NCBI RefSeq assembly: GCF_006345805.1
Contig: NC_043000.1
Span: 16,368,001 to 16,432,000, forward strand
Origin: Octopus sinensis
Lineage: Eukaryota
Length of the DNA stretch: 64,000 bases
Direction of reading: 5' to 3'
The notes beneath the pieces were generated by a model that worked only from the letters and a program-made list of their open reading frames with translations, was not told the origin of the DNA and ran no database searches. The stretch's first letter is position 1; every line of letters begins with the position of its first letter. Of this stretch, positions 35,840 through 48,593 are shown in pieces. The translations under genes were made by a program, and so were the position numbers.

Positions 35840-37699
35840 TTGAAGTAGCTCTCTTTGTATTTACATAACAAACAGAAATGATGCAGAAAGACATTTCATT
35901 TAACCCTTTCACAATGAAATTAAATTTCATGGTTGTTCCAATAATAATGTTAAATATCTAGAAAAACAGAATTGGTATTTTGTACAAGTCTCATTGTCTC
36001 AATATACTCGGCATCTCTCAACAGAAAAGTTTCAAGCATTATATTCCTCAACAAAAGATTGATTGGTATATAAAATTGCTTTCCACAGTTAAGGATAATG
36101 AAATTTCGAATGGATATACCTGATTTCTGCAGTAAAAAAAAGTTAATAAACTCGCAAAGGGAAATACATAATATTGATTTCAGAACATTTATTTTTCAGT
36201 CTAGTATAAATTTTCTTTCCTACTCTCTCTCTCTCTCTCTTTACTCTTTTACTTGTTTCAGTCATTTGACTGTTGCCATGTTGGAGCATCGCCTTTAGTC
36301 AAGCAAATCGACCCCAGGACTTATTCTATGTAAGCCTAGTACTTATTCTATCGGTGTATTTTGCCGAACTGCTAAGTTACGGGGACGTAAACACACCAGC
36401 ATCAGTTGACAAGCGATGTTAGGGGGACAAACACAGACACACAAACACATACACACACATATATATATATATATATATACATATATATGTATATATATAT
36501 ATATATGTATATACATATATACGATGGGTTTCTTTCAATTTCCGTGTCCCAAATCCACTCACAAGGCTATGGCCGGCCCAAGGCTATAGTAGAAGAGGTG
36601 CCACGCAGTAGGACTGAATCCGGAACCATGTTGTTGGTAAGCAAGCTACTTACCACACAACCACTCCTACGCCTACGCACAAGGCCTGAAATTTGGGAGG
36701 AGTGTGGGATGGGGGAACAGTTGATTAGATCAACCCCAGTACGCAACTGGTACTTATTTTATTGACCCCGAAAGGATGAAAGGCAAAGTTGACCTCAGTA
36801 GAATTTGAACTCAGAACGTAAAGACAGATGAAATACCACTAAGAATTTCGCCTGGCATGCTAATGTTTCTGCCAGCTCACCACCTTGCTAGTCACAAGCA
36901 TAGCCAAGTCTGTATCTCTGCATATTTGCATGTATTATGTGTGTTAGTCTCTCTCTTTCTTGCTCTGTCTTTCACTTTATGCATACGTGTATGTGTGTGT
37001 GCGTGTGTGTGTGTCTGTGTGTGTGTGTGCGTGTATGTGTGTTGGTATATCTTTTATCTTTTACTTATTTTAGTCGTTGGACTGCAGCCATGCTGGGGCA
37101 CCACCTTGAAGGGTTTAGTCAAACAAATTGATCCCACTAGTCTAGTATAAATATTGCCAATTGGCTATAGAAGTTACCTCATAGGAGGCAACTTCATAAA
37201 ATATGAAAATAACTATAAACAAAACTAACTAAAAAAACACAAACCAACGACTTCTTTTTAAATTTCTAAAACGAAAGGTTAAAGGGTAACCTAATTATTA
37301 TTATTATCACTATTTGGCCTACAAAGATATAACAGGACAAATTATACGCTTAAAGACCCAGAAGAAAACATTTGAATAAATTGCGTGGTACAGTAACTGG
37401 AATTGTAAAGAGTAAATTTTTCTACTTCGGTAGTTACCACAGTTATAAAGACACTCCCCAACCCCACACTTAGCAGAGTGCACTGGGTGCATTTTATTGT
37501 GACCCCTGGCATTAGAGAGGGTAGGAGTGAGAGTGTGATGGATAGCAAATGGCAGATAAAGAGTGAGAATAAATGATGGATGTCAATACCAATTGGCTAG
37601 AGGGGAGCATAACGTGTTCTGAGGTACATGCAGCTTTGATCAAGTTCTTTATGTATATGCCTTAAGAGCTGTTGAAATTCCTCATATATATATGGCTTC

Positions 37700-37908
37700 T
37701 CGACTGGCTTCTGTGCCGGTGGCACGTAAAAAGCACCCACTACACTCGCGGAGTGGTTGGCGTTAGGAAGGGCATCCAGCTGTAGAAACACTGCCAGATC
37801 AGACTGGAGCCTGGTGCAGCTCCTGGCTTCCCAGACTCTGGTCGAACCGTCCAACCTGTGCTAGCGCGGAAAACTGACGTTAAACGATGATGATGATGAT
37901 GATGATGA
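37700..37908 (+). mobile_element. 5'-truncated RTE 3' end
   Basis: Conserved terminal block plus (ATG)n. Confidence 0.85.
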
Positions 37909-38149
37909 TATATATTAGTTATACGATATAGTGCATATTTATACACATAAGGAATCCACTTAGTGTGAGATTCAACACATTAGGGACCTCAAAATAACGG
38001 ACAAAATTCGACAGGAATAAATTTGGAAATGAAAAAGTTATTCCTGTCGAATTTTGTCTGTTATTTTTGTGGTTCTCTATGTGTTGAATCTCACACTAAG
38101 TGGATTCCTATGTGTATAAATATGCACTATATCGTATAACTAATATATA
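37909..38149. repeat. Fold-back (palindromic) element: ~112-bp arms, 17-nt loop
   Basis: 37909-38020 is the reverse complement of 38038-38149 with a few mismatches and small indels. Confidence 0.92.
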
Positions 38150-38594
38150 GTCTTCTTGACCTTTTTTTTTTTTGCATGTGGTACTCCAGCATGGCCACAG
38201 TCAAATGACTGAAACAAGTAAAAGAGTAAAAGAGTTAGACCACTGGAAATGTAAATTTTGATTTTAAATTTAATTAAATTCCATTTCCCTTTGATATGAT
38301 TAAACATTATATATATATATATATTGCTTACAGAATTATTACAGGTGTAGCTAGAGCAGGGCAAGAAGAAACAGGTAGCACAAAATTTTTTCTGGCTTAT
38401 AAAAGGTAAGGGTGGAAAAAATGTCTTTACCCCCAGGCACTGAGAATTCTTGCTAGGTCACTGCATAAAGCTTAATAGTATTTTTATTTAAATTTTAGCA
38501 ACTAAATCACAATTACTACTCGTATCAAAGAGACACAATGCTGCTCCCTCTCTGCCCTGAACAACTTGTAACTAAAATGTTCGCTAATTCTATA

Positions 38595-38830
38595 AAGTTA
38601 GATCTCACAATATTTGATGACCTCTCATGGTGACCATACAAATCTAGAACATAGTCAAAACAAACATTTGAAAAGTTAGGCCTTCCCTTAAAGGCCAAGA
38701 AATACTTCAGCTCTAAATAACTGTTACCATTAAGGAAAGCTCAAGTGTATCCCACATTAGAGCACTGATCAAATGTCTGAAACAGCAACTCCAAAACTGC
38801 TATCTTACAGATTGGCAATTCTTTAATGAT
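38595..38830 (+). mobile_element. Highly decayed CR1/Jockey-type LINE remnant
   Basis: DDLSW*...KLGLPLKAKKYFSSK*LLPLRKAQVYPTLEH*SNV* resembles the post-RT DLSW..HI...KLG.L...YF...L.LYKAQVRP.LEY...W region. Many stops. Confidence 0.5.
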
Positions 38831-39676
38831 ACACTATAACAAGCATTGTGTGCCACCTTTATCTCTTTTACTGTCCCTCTAACAGACTCTATGCCTCTAA
38901 TCTAGTAAGGTAATCCATCCAACTTCATCTGGTTTACTTGCCCCTTTTCCTCTTATCATCGCAATTGTGTTTCACTTGCAAAATCCCAGACCATCACTTC
39001 ACCCAGGACTGCAATTCTAGAAACCCACCTTCTTCAAGCCTATTTTTTTCTGTACAATCAACAGGCATAAATTCAAGCTGAACCATAGCCACATGGATCT
39101 TATTGGTCAGGCAAAACTCTGTACTTTTGCCTCAGAGTGAGTCCTCCAATTTCATCACACATATACTACACAGACTAAACTTGCATGATGGTTTCGATTT
39201 GTTTCAGGGTTAGAAAGTATTTTATTTCTAACTACAGCTGACTTTATATAAGACACAAGTTTTCCCAACACTGGAATAACACTCACCCATCTGAAATGAC
39301 ACACCACTCAGCACTTATATTTCTGGACTGCAACAATAAACAGCCATCTTCCTGATAGACAAATGTTTACTTATCAAAGTATTTTAACCACAGAGTAGCC
39401 ATGCCTTTCCTTCTGATGATGCTACAATGGTTTCTGTTCCTCTCATCATCATCATCATCATTGTTTAACGTCTGCTTTCCATGCTAGCATGGGTTGGACG
39501 AATGACTGAGGGCTGGCGAACCAGATGGCTGCACCAGGCTCCAATCTTGATCTGGCAGAGTTTCTGCAGCTGGATGCCCTTCCTAACACCATAATTGTAT
39601 AGCCATTCCTACTTAAACCTCTTATTTCTCCTGTCTCTTATGCGTTATCATCTTCTAGAACAGTGATGGTCTAGAG

Positions 39677-39825
39677 CAGGCTTGGGCAATTTTTTCAAGA
39701 AGTGGACAGCATGAGACTTAGCTTATCAAACGGTGGGTTGCACTACTAAAAAAATTCAAGGTAATTTGTTTTTGTTAGGCATGCCGTTGAGGAAATCTTG
39801 AGGGCCACAGTTTGCTCCAAACTTG
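39677..39825. mobile_element. Decayed hAT (Charlie/MER58-like) MITE
   Basis: CAGGCTTGGGCAA ... GGGCCACAGTTTGCTCCAAACTTG termini flanked by CTAGAG/TTAGAG. Confidence 0.4.
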
Positions 39826-40088
39826 TTTAGAGTGTACCAAATGTAAACTTCTTTAGTGCTCCTCTTATTCAAGTATCACTTACATCTTTACATATATTTT
39901 TGTTTAAATGCTTACAGATAAGCTTTTTATAACATGATATCACAGGCAAATTTTCCACAAAGTCCATCATGTCACCTAAAAACCAGTAGTGTGTCACCGC
40001 TGACAAACATGTCATGGGTTTGTCACCAGTACTCTAGACCATATATTAAGCAATTACCCAATCCTTTCCTTCTTATAATTACATCCAA

Positions 40089-40489
40089 TAGAAAGGCAGC
40101 AAGCTGGCAGAATCATTAGCACGCCAGGCAAAATGCTTAGCGGAATTTCGTCTGCCGCTACGTTCTGAATTCAAATTCTGCTAAGGTCGACTTTGCCTTT
40201 CATCCTTTTGGGGTCAATTAAATAAGTACCAGTCATGCACTGGGGTCGATATAATTGACTTAATCCGTTTGTCTGTCCTTGTTTATCCTCTCTGAGTTTA
40301 GCCCCTTGTGGGTAGTAAAGAAATAGGTATTTCATCTGCCACTACGTTCTGAATTCAAATTCTGCCGCGGTTGACTTTGCCTTTCATCTGATCGTAGTCA
40401 ATGAAATAAGTACCAGTTATGCACTGGGGTCGATGAAATCAACTATCCCTCTCCCTTGAATTTCAGGCCTTGTGCCTATAGTAGAAAGG
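40089..40489 (+). mobile_element. SINE family B (two-unit form) with 14-bp TSD
   Basis: ATAATTACATCCAA at 40075-40088 and 40490-40503. Confidence 0.88.
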
Positions 40490-40974
40490 ATAATTACATC
40501 CAACGAGAACATCTTCCTGCCTATGCTCCCACTAACAATTTACTATACCCAGCTCTGCCTACATTCCAGTCTATGAGGAAGGTATTGAAAGGTTATGGGT
40601 ACTGTAAAAGCTCCAGAGACAAAATTATATATGCAAACATTGAAAGAAGGGGACACTCAATAAGGAGACTTTCAATTTTGGAAGTTGACCTTGTTGTACA
40701 GCACAAGCAAGACACTTATCAGTTTGCTATTTGTGCCAAGTTCAGACCTGACTCTTGTCAAAAGGTAATAACATTATAGTATCAATGAAGCTTTCAACAG
40801 TTACGTAAACCATTTGCGTGTCATCTGTCTGATAGCGAAGATTAGAAACCAGCAGCCATATAGCTTAGTTACAGCCAGGACACTGACATATTGGAAGCAA
40901 TTGATAAACTTACACACATATAGCGATGCATATATGCACACATACTTGTGTGTGATGTCATCATATCAGAAAAC

Positions 40975-41151
40975 TACATATATATATGTGTGTGTGTGTG
41001 TGCATATATCAGAAAACTATATATACATACATATATATATATATATATACATATATACATCATCATCATCATCATATATATATATATATATATACACATA
41101 TATATATACATATATATATACATATACATATATATATACATATACATATAT

Positions 41152-41191
<40 letters not shown>

Positions 41192-41790
41192 TATATATAT
41201 ACATATACATATATATACATATACATATATATAATACATATACATATATTACATATACATATATATACATATACATATATATACATAACATATATATACA
41301 TATACATTATATATACATATACATAATATATATACATATATATATAATACATATACATATATATATACATATACATATATATTACATATATATACATATA
41401 CATTATATATATAACATATATATACATATACATATACATATAATATACATATACAATACATATACATATATTATACATATACATATATATATACATATAT
41501 ACATATACATATATATACATATACATATATATATATATATACATATATATATACATATATATATATACATATACATATATATATACATATACATATATAT
41601 ATACATATATATACATATACATATATATATACATATATATATACATATATATATACATATACATATACATATACATATATATATACATATATATATACAT
41701 ATATATACATATACATATATATATACATATACATATATATATACATATATATATACATATATATATACATATATATACATATATATATAC

Positions 41791-41840
<50 letters not shown>

Positions 41841-41856
41841 TACATATATATATATT
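40975..41856. repeat. ~880-bp compound (TA)n/(TACA)n/(TATACA)n microsatellite
   Basis: Directly visible; source of the IY/HY-rich ORFs. Confidence 0.97.
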
Positions 41857-42354
41857 TGAGAGAGAGAGAGAGAAGTAATGTTTTCTTCTGCGATGCTGAA
41901 ACATAGAAGTCTTAGGTAGGTGTTATGACCTCACAGTCACCATGACAACACTAGTGATATAATATGTATACACACACACACACACATACACATATATATC
42001 TTTTGCAGTTAATTTATATATCTTTTGAAGTTAATTATATGTGCACATATCGACTAATTTTTGATAGTTGTCTGAATTTGTTTGCCAATACATCCATGTA
42101 ATTACATGTACTTTAATTTATTTTAAATTCATTATACGCACACAAACACGATTAGTTATCATATTCAATCCGTATCAGCCTGAAAGTCTAATAAGCTTTT
42201 TATGACATGATATTGCAGGGAGTTTTTTCAAAGTCCATCATGTCACCTAAAACCCAGTACTGTGTCACTGCTGACAAGCATGTCAGGTTTGTCATCACTG
42301 TTCTAGACATATATTAAGCAATTACTCACTCCTTTCTTACTTATAATTGCATCC

Positions 42355-42736
42355 GTGGAGGCGCAATGGCCCAGTGGTTAGGGCAGCGGACTCGCGGTCG
42401 TAGGATCGCGGTTTCGATTCCAGACCGGGCGTTGTGAGTGTTTATTGAGCGAAAACACCTAAAGCTCCATGAGGCTCCGGCAGGGGATGGTGGTGATCCC
42501 TGCTGTACTCTTTCACCACAACTTTCTCTCACTCTTACTTCCTGTTTCTGTTGTACCTGTATTTCAAAGGGCCGGCCTTGTCACTCTCTGTGTCACGCTG
42601 AATATCCCCGAGAACTGCGTTAAGGGTACACGTGTCTGTGGAGTGCTCAGCCACTTACACGTTAATTTCACGAGCAGGCTGTTCCATTGATCGGATCAAC
42701 CGGAACCCTCGTCGTCGTAATCGACGGAGTGCTTCC
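42355..42736 (+). mobile_element. SINE family D with 12-bp TSD
   Basis: ATAATTGCATCC at 42343-42354 and 42737-42748; intact A and B boxes. Confidence 0.9.
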
Positions 42737-44924
42737 ATAATTGCATCCAACGAGAACCCTTTCTGGCCTATGTCTCCACTAACAATTACCTTTCCTCAGC
42801 TCTGCCTACATTGCAATCTATGAGGATATTGAAAGCTTATGGCCATTGTACTACCTGCCTCCTGAGACTAAATCATATAAAAGAATGTTGAAAGAATAGC
42901 CTGAAATTGTAACAGACACTACTCCACTTTCTGAAACTACCATCATCGTTTTAGGTCTACTATCCACATTGGTATGGGTTGGTCATTTGGAGTTACTGCC
43001 CTCCTAGGTAACTCAGAAGATCACATCTCATGTGGATGGTCCATTTTGAGTGTGGTTTTTACAGCTGGATGCCCTTCCTAACACTAAACACTCTACAGAG
43101 TGAATTGGATGCATTTTATTGTGGCATCAGAATAAAAGAAATTATGTCCTCAACAAAAATAAATTCATCAAGGCAGTACCCCAGCATGGCCATACTCTAA
43201 TGCTTGAAACAAGTAAAAAATATATGATAATCCTCTCCATACTACATTATCGCTATTGTTACAGTCGCCTCTTCTCCATCTCTAATCATCTCCCTTCACA
43301 CCCCTATGGAATATCCCCTCTGAACCAATTATACACCCTCCACTGTTCCCTGTAGATAGGTCCTGATGATCTCCAACACAATCTGTTTCCCCCCTCTCTC
43401 TCTCTCTCTCACTCTGGCTGTCTCTCTATCTTTCTCTCCTTCTTATCTCTTTTCCAACGTGTGCAGCCAAATATCTCCTGTACAATAAGGCGCTTACTTC
43501 CATCCCTCTGTTATACTTCAACCTCTCACCTGGCACAAAGCCACTTCCAATCCCTCATCCAGCTAAGAGGTCTTCATTTTGCAAGTTACTTAGCGACCCT
43601 AAACATCCAGTACACTTCATAAAGTGGTTGGTGTTAGGAAGGGCATCCAGCCATAGAAAACATGCCAAGGCAGACAATGGAGCCTGGTGCAATTCCTAGG
43701 CATGTCAGCTCTTGTTAAACTGTCCAACACATGCCAGCATGGAAGACAGACATTAAATGATCATGATGATGATGATGATGACGTAAACAACCATCCTCCT
43801 ATTCTAATGTTATTCCTTCTCCTTTATTTCAATTAATTTTAAACTCACTCGTGTTAATTAGAATACAATAAAAAGATCGTTTCAGAGATATTATAATTTA
43901 ATTCAGCAGTCCTCAAAACGACAAGTAACAGCCCCACCCCAAAATTGCTGGAAATTTTACCTACCGCTCAAAACCCAACCCCACCCCATTTGCGAGACAG
44001 CCGAAGAGTGCTTGCAACCATATTCTTCTCTCTTGTCTGATTTGGCGTTGAGCAAGCTTAAAAAGTTTAACATTTTCTTTATTTTTGTCAAACACAGCAA
44101 TTTGCCCGCCCCTTTTCAATCATCACAGTCTCACCACTGTGAGAAACCCTGATTTAATGTATATTGCATGCAAAGAGTAAGTGTTCCAAGAGGAATATCT
44201 GCCAGAATAATCAGATATAAGCCCTTAGGGGACAGGATAGCATACTAGAACTGGTGGGTGTAATGGTATTATGTAATACAATATAACTGGCTAAGTTTGT
44301 GTGACACACACACACTGATGAGTTATGTTCGAATATCAAGAAAACAGTGTAGATGTGTCAACCAATTCAGCCAATCAGCTTCCTGCATGTCCCCTTCTCA
44401 TAAGCAACCCGACCCAGCTACAGTCTCCGAATTCTAGAAATGTAACCTACCTTCAAAGAAATATACCTCATTATTTTAACAGCTACTCTACTTCCACTTT
44501 TTAGTCTCTGCGTGTAATAAACATTAAGTCAATGGTGAGGCCATGGGGATTGGGAAAGGAGCGGACGAGTAATGATGTTTAATAAGAATCAGGATGTAAC
44601 GAGCTTTTAGTAATATGTTATAATGTTCAATGTAGCAGACTTAATATGATGTTGTTAAATATCAGGTCAACAACCCTTGACCAAACAGATTGGTGATTGT
44701 AAACATTCCAATCATGATCATATAGCTTTTTTTCAGAGGGGTATATCTAGGACTACATTATCCAATGTAACCCTTTCCTATTTCTATCAGGTTGAGCAGT
44801 CATGTAGAGACTCACTGATATGCAGGAAAAAAAGGGTGGAGTCAAACACCAGTTAGACCAATCACAGGAAGGTAGGAGGTGTTTATATATATATAGAGCA
44901 TTTATGATTTATATATAATTCATG

Positions 44925-44955
<31 letters not shown>

Positions 44956-45211
44956 GGCGTAGGAGTGGCTGTATGGTAAGTAGGCCCAGGCATGGCTGTG
45001 TGGTTAGGGAGCTTGCTTCCTAGCTACATGATTTTGGGTTCAGTCCCACTGCGGGGCACTTTGGACAAGTGTCTTCTGCTATAGCTCCGGGCCGACCGAA
45101 GCTTTGTGATTGAATTTGGTAGGCGGAAGTAACTGTCGTGTGTGTATATATGTGTGTGTAGGTGCTTGTGCCTCTCCGAAAGAGAGAGAGGGATATGTGT
45201 GTGTGTGTATG

Positions 45212-45243
<32 letters not shown>

Positions 45244-45275
45244 GGTGTGTGTGTATGTATGTATGTATGTATATA

Positions 45276-46098
45276 CTGGGTGCAGTGAATAAATGAAAAT
45301 AACACTGATATCTCATTTTAACAGATATATTTACCAAAATTATATAAAAATATCTTGAAATTCTAAAGAGTAAATTTATTCAATAAAATCGCCATTGGCT
45401 TCAACTATGGCTTCCAGACGACTTCAGAATCTCTTGCAACTCTTCTGGATGGTCTCCTTGTTTAAGTTGGTAAATGTGGTCATAATCCTTGTCTTCAGTT
45501 CATCTTTGGTGTTACAAAGAGTTTTCTTGATCTCTCATAATAACCAAGGGGGTTGCAGTCTCAGGAGTTAAGTGGCCTGATGTTAGGGGTGATGTGGTCA
45601 CAGAAATTACCTGACAGCCATAACTGTGTTTTCCTTTTGGGTGGCATGATACAGAGTCCTGTTGCCAGACACAGAGTCTTCCAGTAGCCACCCTCTTGAC
45701 CCAACGCAGCACTACCTCCTCCAGACACATGATGTAGGCCTCCGTGCTAAGTCTGAGGCCATGTGGGAAGATGAATGGAGACATAGCACTGCCATCATTA
45801 GAGATCACTCCAAACACCATGATATTGACTGGATGTTTGATTTTTATCACTCTCGGTACATGTCCTCAAATTGACACCTAAACACTCTGAAATGTTCATA
45901 CTGGAGTTTCCAGCACATGTGCCAAGCTGTATAGTATGTCATTTCTAAATTTGTGGCAGAGTGAATTGCATCATGATGCTGTTTTTCTCACATGCAGTGC
46001 CCAACTGACCCTAACATACTGTGCAGTCAGCAGAATCAAAAACAAATAATGCATGAAATTAAAAATATAAAACGGCGACAATTACCCATCACACACTG
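45276..46098 (-). mobile_element. Second copy of the internally deleted maT-like transposon
   Basis: TA-flanked, 823 bp versus 824 bp for 3384-4207. ORF remnant IKIKHPVNIMVFGVISNDG...WQQDS; same deletion junction. Confidence 0.85.
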
Positions 46099-46146
46099 TA
46101 TATATATATAATTCATATACAAATCATATATATATTTATATATATA

Positions 46147-46520
46147 CTAGCAGTATCGCCCGGCGTTGCTCGGGTTTGTAAGGGAAATAACTATAAAGCA
46201 TTTTTAGAGAGTTATAAGCCAAAAAATGGGGGAAAAAAATGATGGTAAATTTTTTTTTAGTTAAAAAGGTCGAGTTGCGTCCCCTAGACAGTCTGTGGTT
46301 TGTGTTTCTGATTCTCGACCCCATGTCGAATTTATCGATTTTTTTCAGAACTGGGGGAACTTTTCAAAATTTTCGCTGCGTTAGTTTTGAATTATGACAT
46401 TGGGCTATGTGTGTGTCAAGTTTCATCAGAATCGGTTGAAAGCCGTGGTCAGGGTGAGGGTACAACCTAACAGACACACAGAAACACACACAGACAAACT
46501 GCCGTTTATATATAGAGAGA
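46147..46520 (-). mobile_element. Non-autonomous Helitron, subfamily 2
   Basis: On the minus strand A|TCTCTCTATATATAAACGGC ... CCCGAGCAACGCCGGGCGATACTGCTAG|T. Confidence 0.88.
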
Positions 46521-47065
46521 TAATTCAAAGAGATTGGAAATGTAGTGTAATTATCATGCTTAACAGAAGTAGATAAGTACCGTCAAGATTTTCAACACTA
46601 TTAACATCATCATTAAAAGTGTATATTTATAATACATATATCCTTATAATCTACATTATGTTTTGAGCAGCTCAACCCCCAGTCATCATCTGATATGCTT
46701 ATAATCCAAGACTGGGTCTGACTTAGGAATTTTATTTCTAAACTACGGATAGTTAAGTGATGAAATAATATATATATATATATAATATATATTATTATTA
46801 TTATAATATTAATAATACTAATAATAATAATAATAAAATAATAGGGAATATAATTCCAAACTTACAGGGAAAAATTCAATTTAGCAATTCCAAATCAAAT
46901 TTCACAATATATAATTAAGAGAAATAACCTCTATTAAGTAATTCAATAGTGAAAGACTTTATATCATATAGAAAAATTTTTAAATACTATAATAAATATT
47001 ATTCAAAAAATCACTAAATTAGGCTAAGATCAAGGTCTAATATCTACTCTTATCATTTTAATATA

Positions 47066-47607
47066 CAGGGTCAGGCAAAATGATCTGACACATTTGTAGG
47101 TTAAATAAAAGGCAAATGAAGTAAAGAAACAAAAAAGTGTTTTTAATTTTGAAAAGTACATATAATGCCATTATGTTTCATTATGTTTTAAAAATTAGAT
47201 CAGTCAAATGGGATCCATTATTGTCCACACACTGTCGAAGGCGTTCATGAAAGTTGTCAATAACTTGGCGGGTCATTTCATGCGATTTTTTTTCTCTGGG
47301 GATACCTCAAGTCAAAGGTATACATTAATCGCCCTCGATCTATTGAACAACTTAAAGATGCAATTCGTCAAGAAATTACTGCCATTCCACATGAAATGAC
47401 CCGCCGAGTTATTGACAACTTTCGTGAACGCCTTCGACAGTGTGTGGACAATAATGGATCCCATTTGACTGATCTAATTTTTAAAACATAATGAAACAAA
47501 ATGGCATTATATGTACTTTTCAGAAATAAAAACACTTTTTTTGTTTCTTTACTTCATTTGCCTTTTATTTAACCTACAAATGTGTCAGATCATTTTGCCT
47601 GACCCTG
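47066..47607. mobile_element. Tc1/mariner-derived fold-back element with ~217-bp inverted arms
   Basis: TA|CAGGGTCAGGCAAAATGATCTGAC ... GTCAGATCATTTTGCCTGACCCTG|TA. Arms at 47066-47282 and 47390-47607. 47291-47491 encodes FLWGYLKSKVYINRPRSIEQLKDAIRQEI...RERLRQCVDNNGSHLTDLIFKT*, a transposase C-terminus. Confidence 0.92.
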
Positions 47608-48161
47608 TATAAGAGTAGTTATGGGAAAACTAGAAAAAGAAACCAAGAAGACCAACAGTCTTCCCACAAAGCACCATTGTCTACATTGTGATTTCTGAGA
47701 TAAGTCATGTGCTGGCTTAATAAGTCATGCTCATCCATGCTGCTTTTGGTGGCCTGGAGACTCACATGAGGGGTCACCAGGTGAAGTGAATGAATCGTAA
47801 ACATTGGGGAATGGTAGTAATGTGTGTTCTTCATTGTTTATTTGGCTGGGGTTTCTTTTTTTCTTTCTGCCTTCTCATTGAACACTTACAATGTCTTTGA
47901 AGGGAGGGTTTGTCATTATATATACATGTGTTCGAGTGTGTGTGTGTACATATACTCTTTAACTTGTTTCAGTCATTTGACTGCGGCCATGCTGGAGCAC
48001 CGCCTTTAGTCGAGCAAATCGACCCCAGGACTTATTCTTTGTAAGCCCAGTACTTATTCTATCAGTCTCTTTTGCCGAACAGCGAAGTGACGGGGACGTA
48101 AACACACCAGCACCGGTTGTCAAGCAATGCTAGGGGGACAAACACAGACACACAAACATAT

Positions 48162-48192
<31 letters not shown>

Positions 48193-48390
48193 CATATATA
48201 CGACAGGCTTCTTTCTGTTTCCATCTACCAAATCCATTCACAAGGCATTGGTCGGCCCGGGGCTATAGCAGAAGACACTTGCCCAAGATGCCACGCAGTG
48301 GGACTGAACCCGGAACCATGTGGTTGGTAAGCAAGCTACTTACCACACAGCCACTCCTGCGGCTATATATATATATATTCCTTCTCCTAT

Positions 48391-48425
48391 GTTTCCGACG
48401 AAGAGCTCCGCTCGAAACGTTAAAC
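48391..48425 (+). ncRNA. Minimal type I hammerhead ribozyme motif within a ~160-bp TA-flanked element (48379-48535)
   Basis: GUUU-CCGACGA-A-GAGC(UCC)GCUC-GAAAC-GUU|AAAC: stem I 4 bp, stem II 4 bp, palindromic ACGU stem III. The core deviates from CUGANGA at one position (U4C). Confidence 0.6.
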
Positions 48426-48531
48426 CCTCCTTCTTCCCTTCTTTCCTGAGCGTCCAATAATACTTTATTTGTTCCACGTCCTCGCGTTGCTGTGTTTTTT
48501 TGTTTTTTTGTGTTTTCTTGTTTGGATTAAC

Positions 48532-48593
<62 letters not shown>

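Noticed and set aside
39918-40075. Idea that the duplicated ~315-bp segment is an RT remnant (MDFEK on the minus strand)
   Set aside because: Only a 3-4 residue resemblance; the neighbouring RT motifs are not recoverable.
40814-41904. Long ORFs of up to 303 aa rich in I/Y/H/T/C/M (also at about 15.5, 19.0, 30.2, 49.3 and 55.9-56.7 kb)
   Set aside because: Translations of (TA)n/(TACA)n microsatellites, which lack stops in several frames.
42355-42430. tRNA-Arg-like sequence (also 26110-26184 and 51375-51451)
   Set aside because: No closing acceptor stem or terminator; it continues into a SINE body with TSDs, so it is a SINE head and not a tRNA gene.
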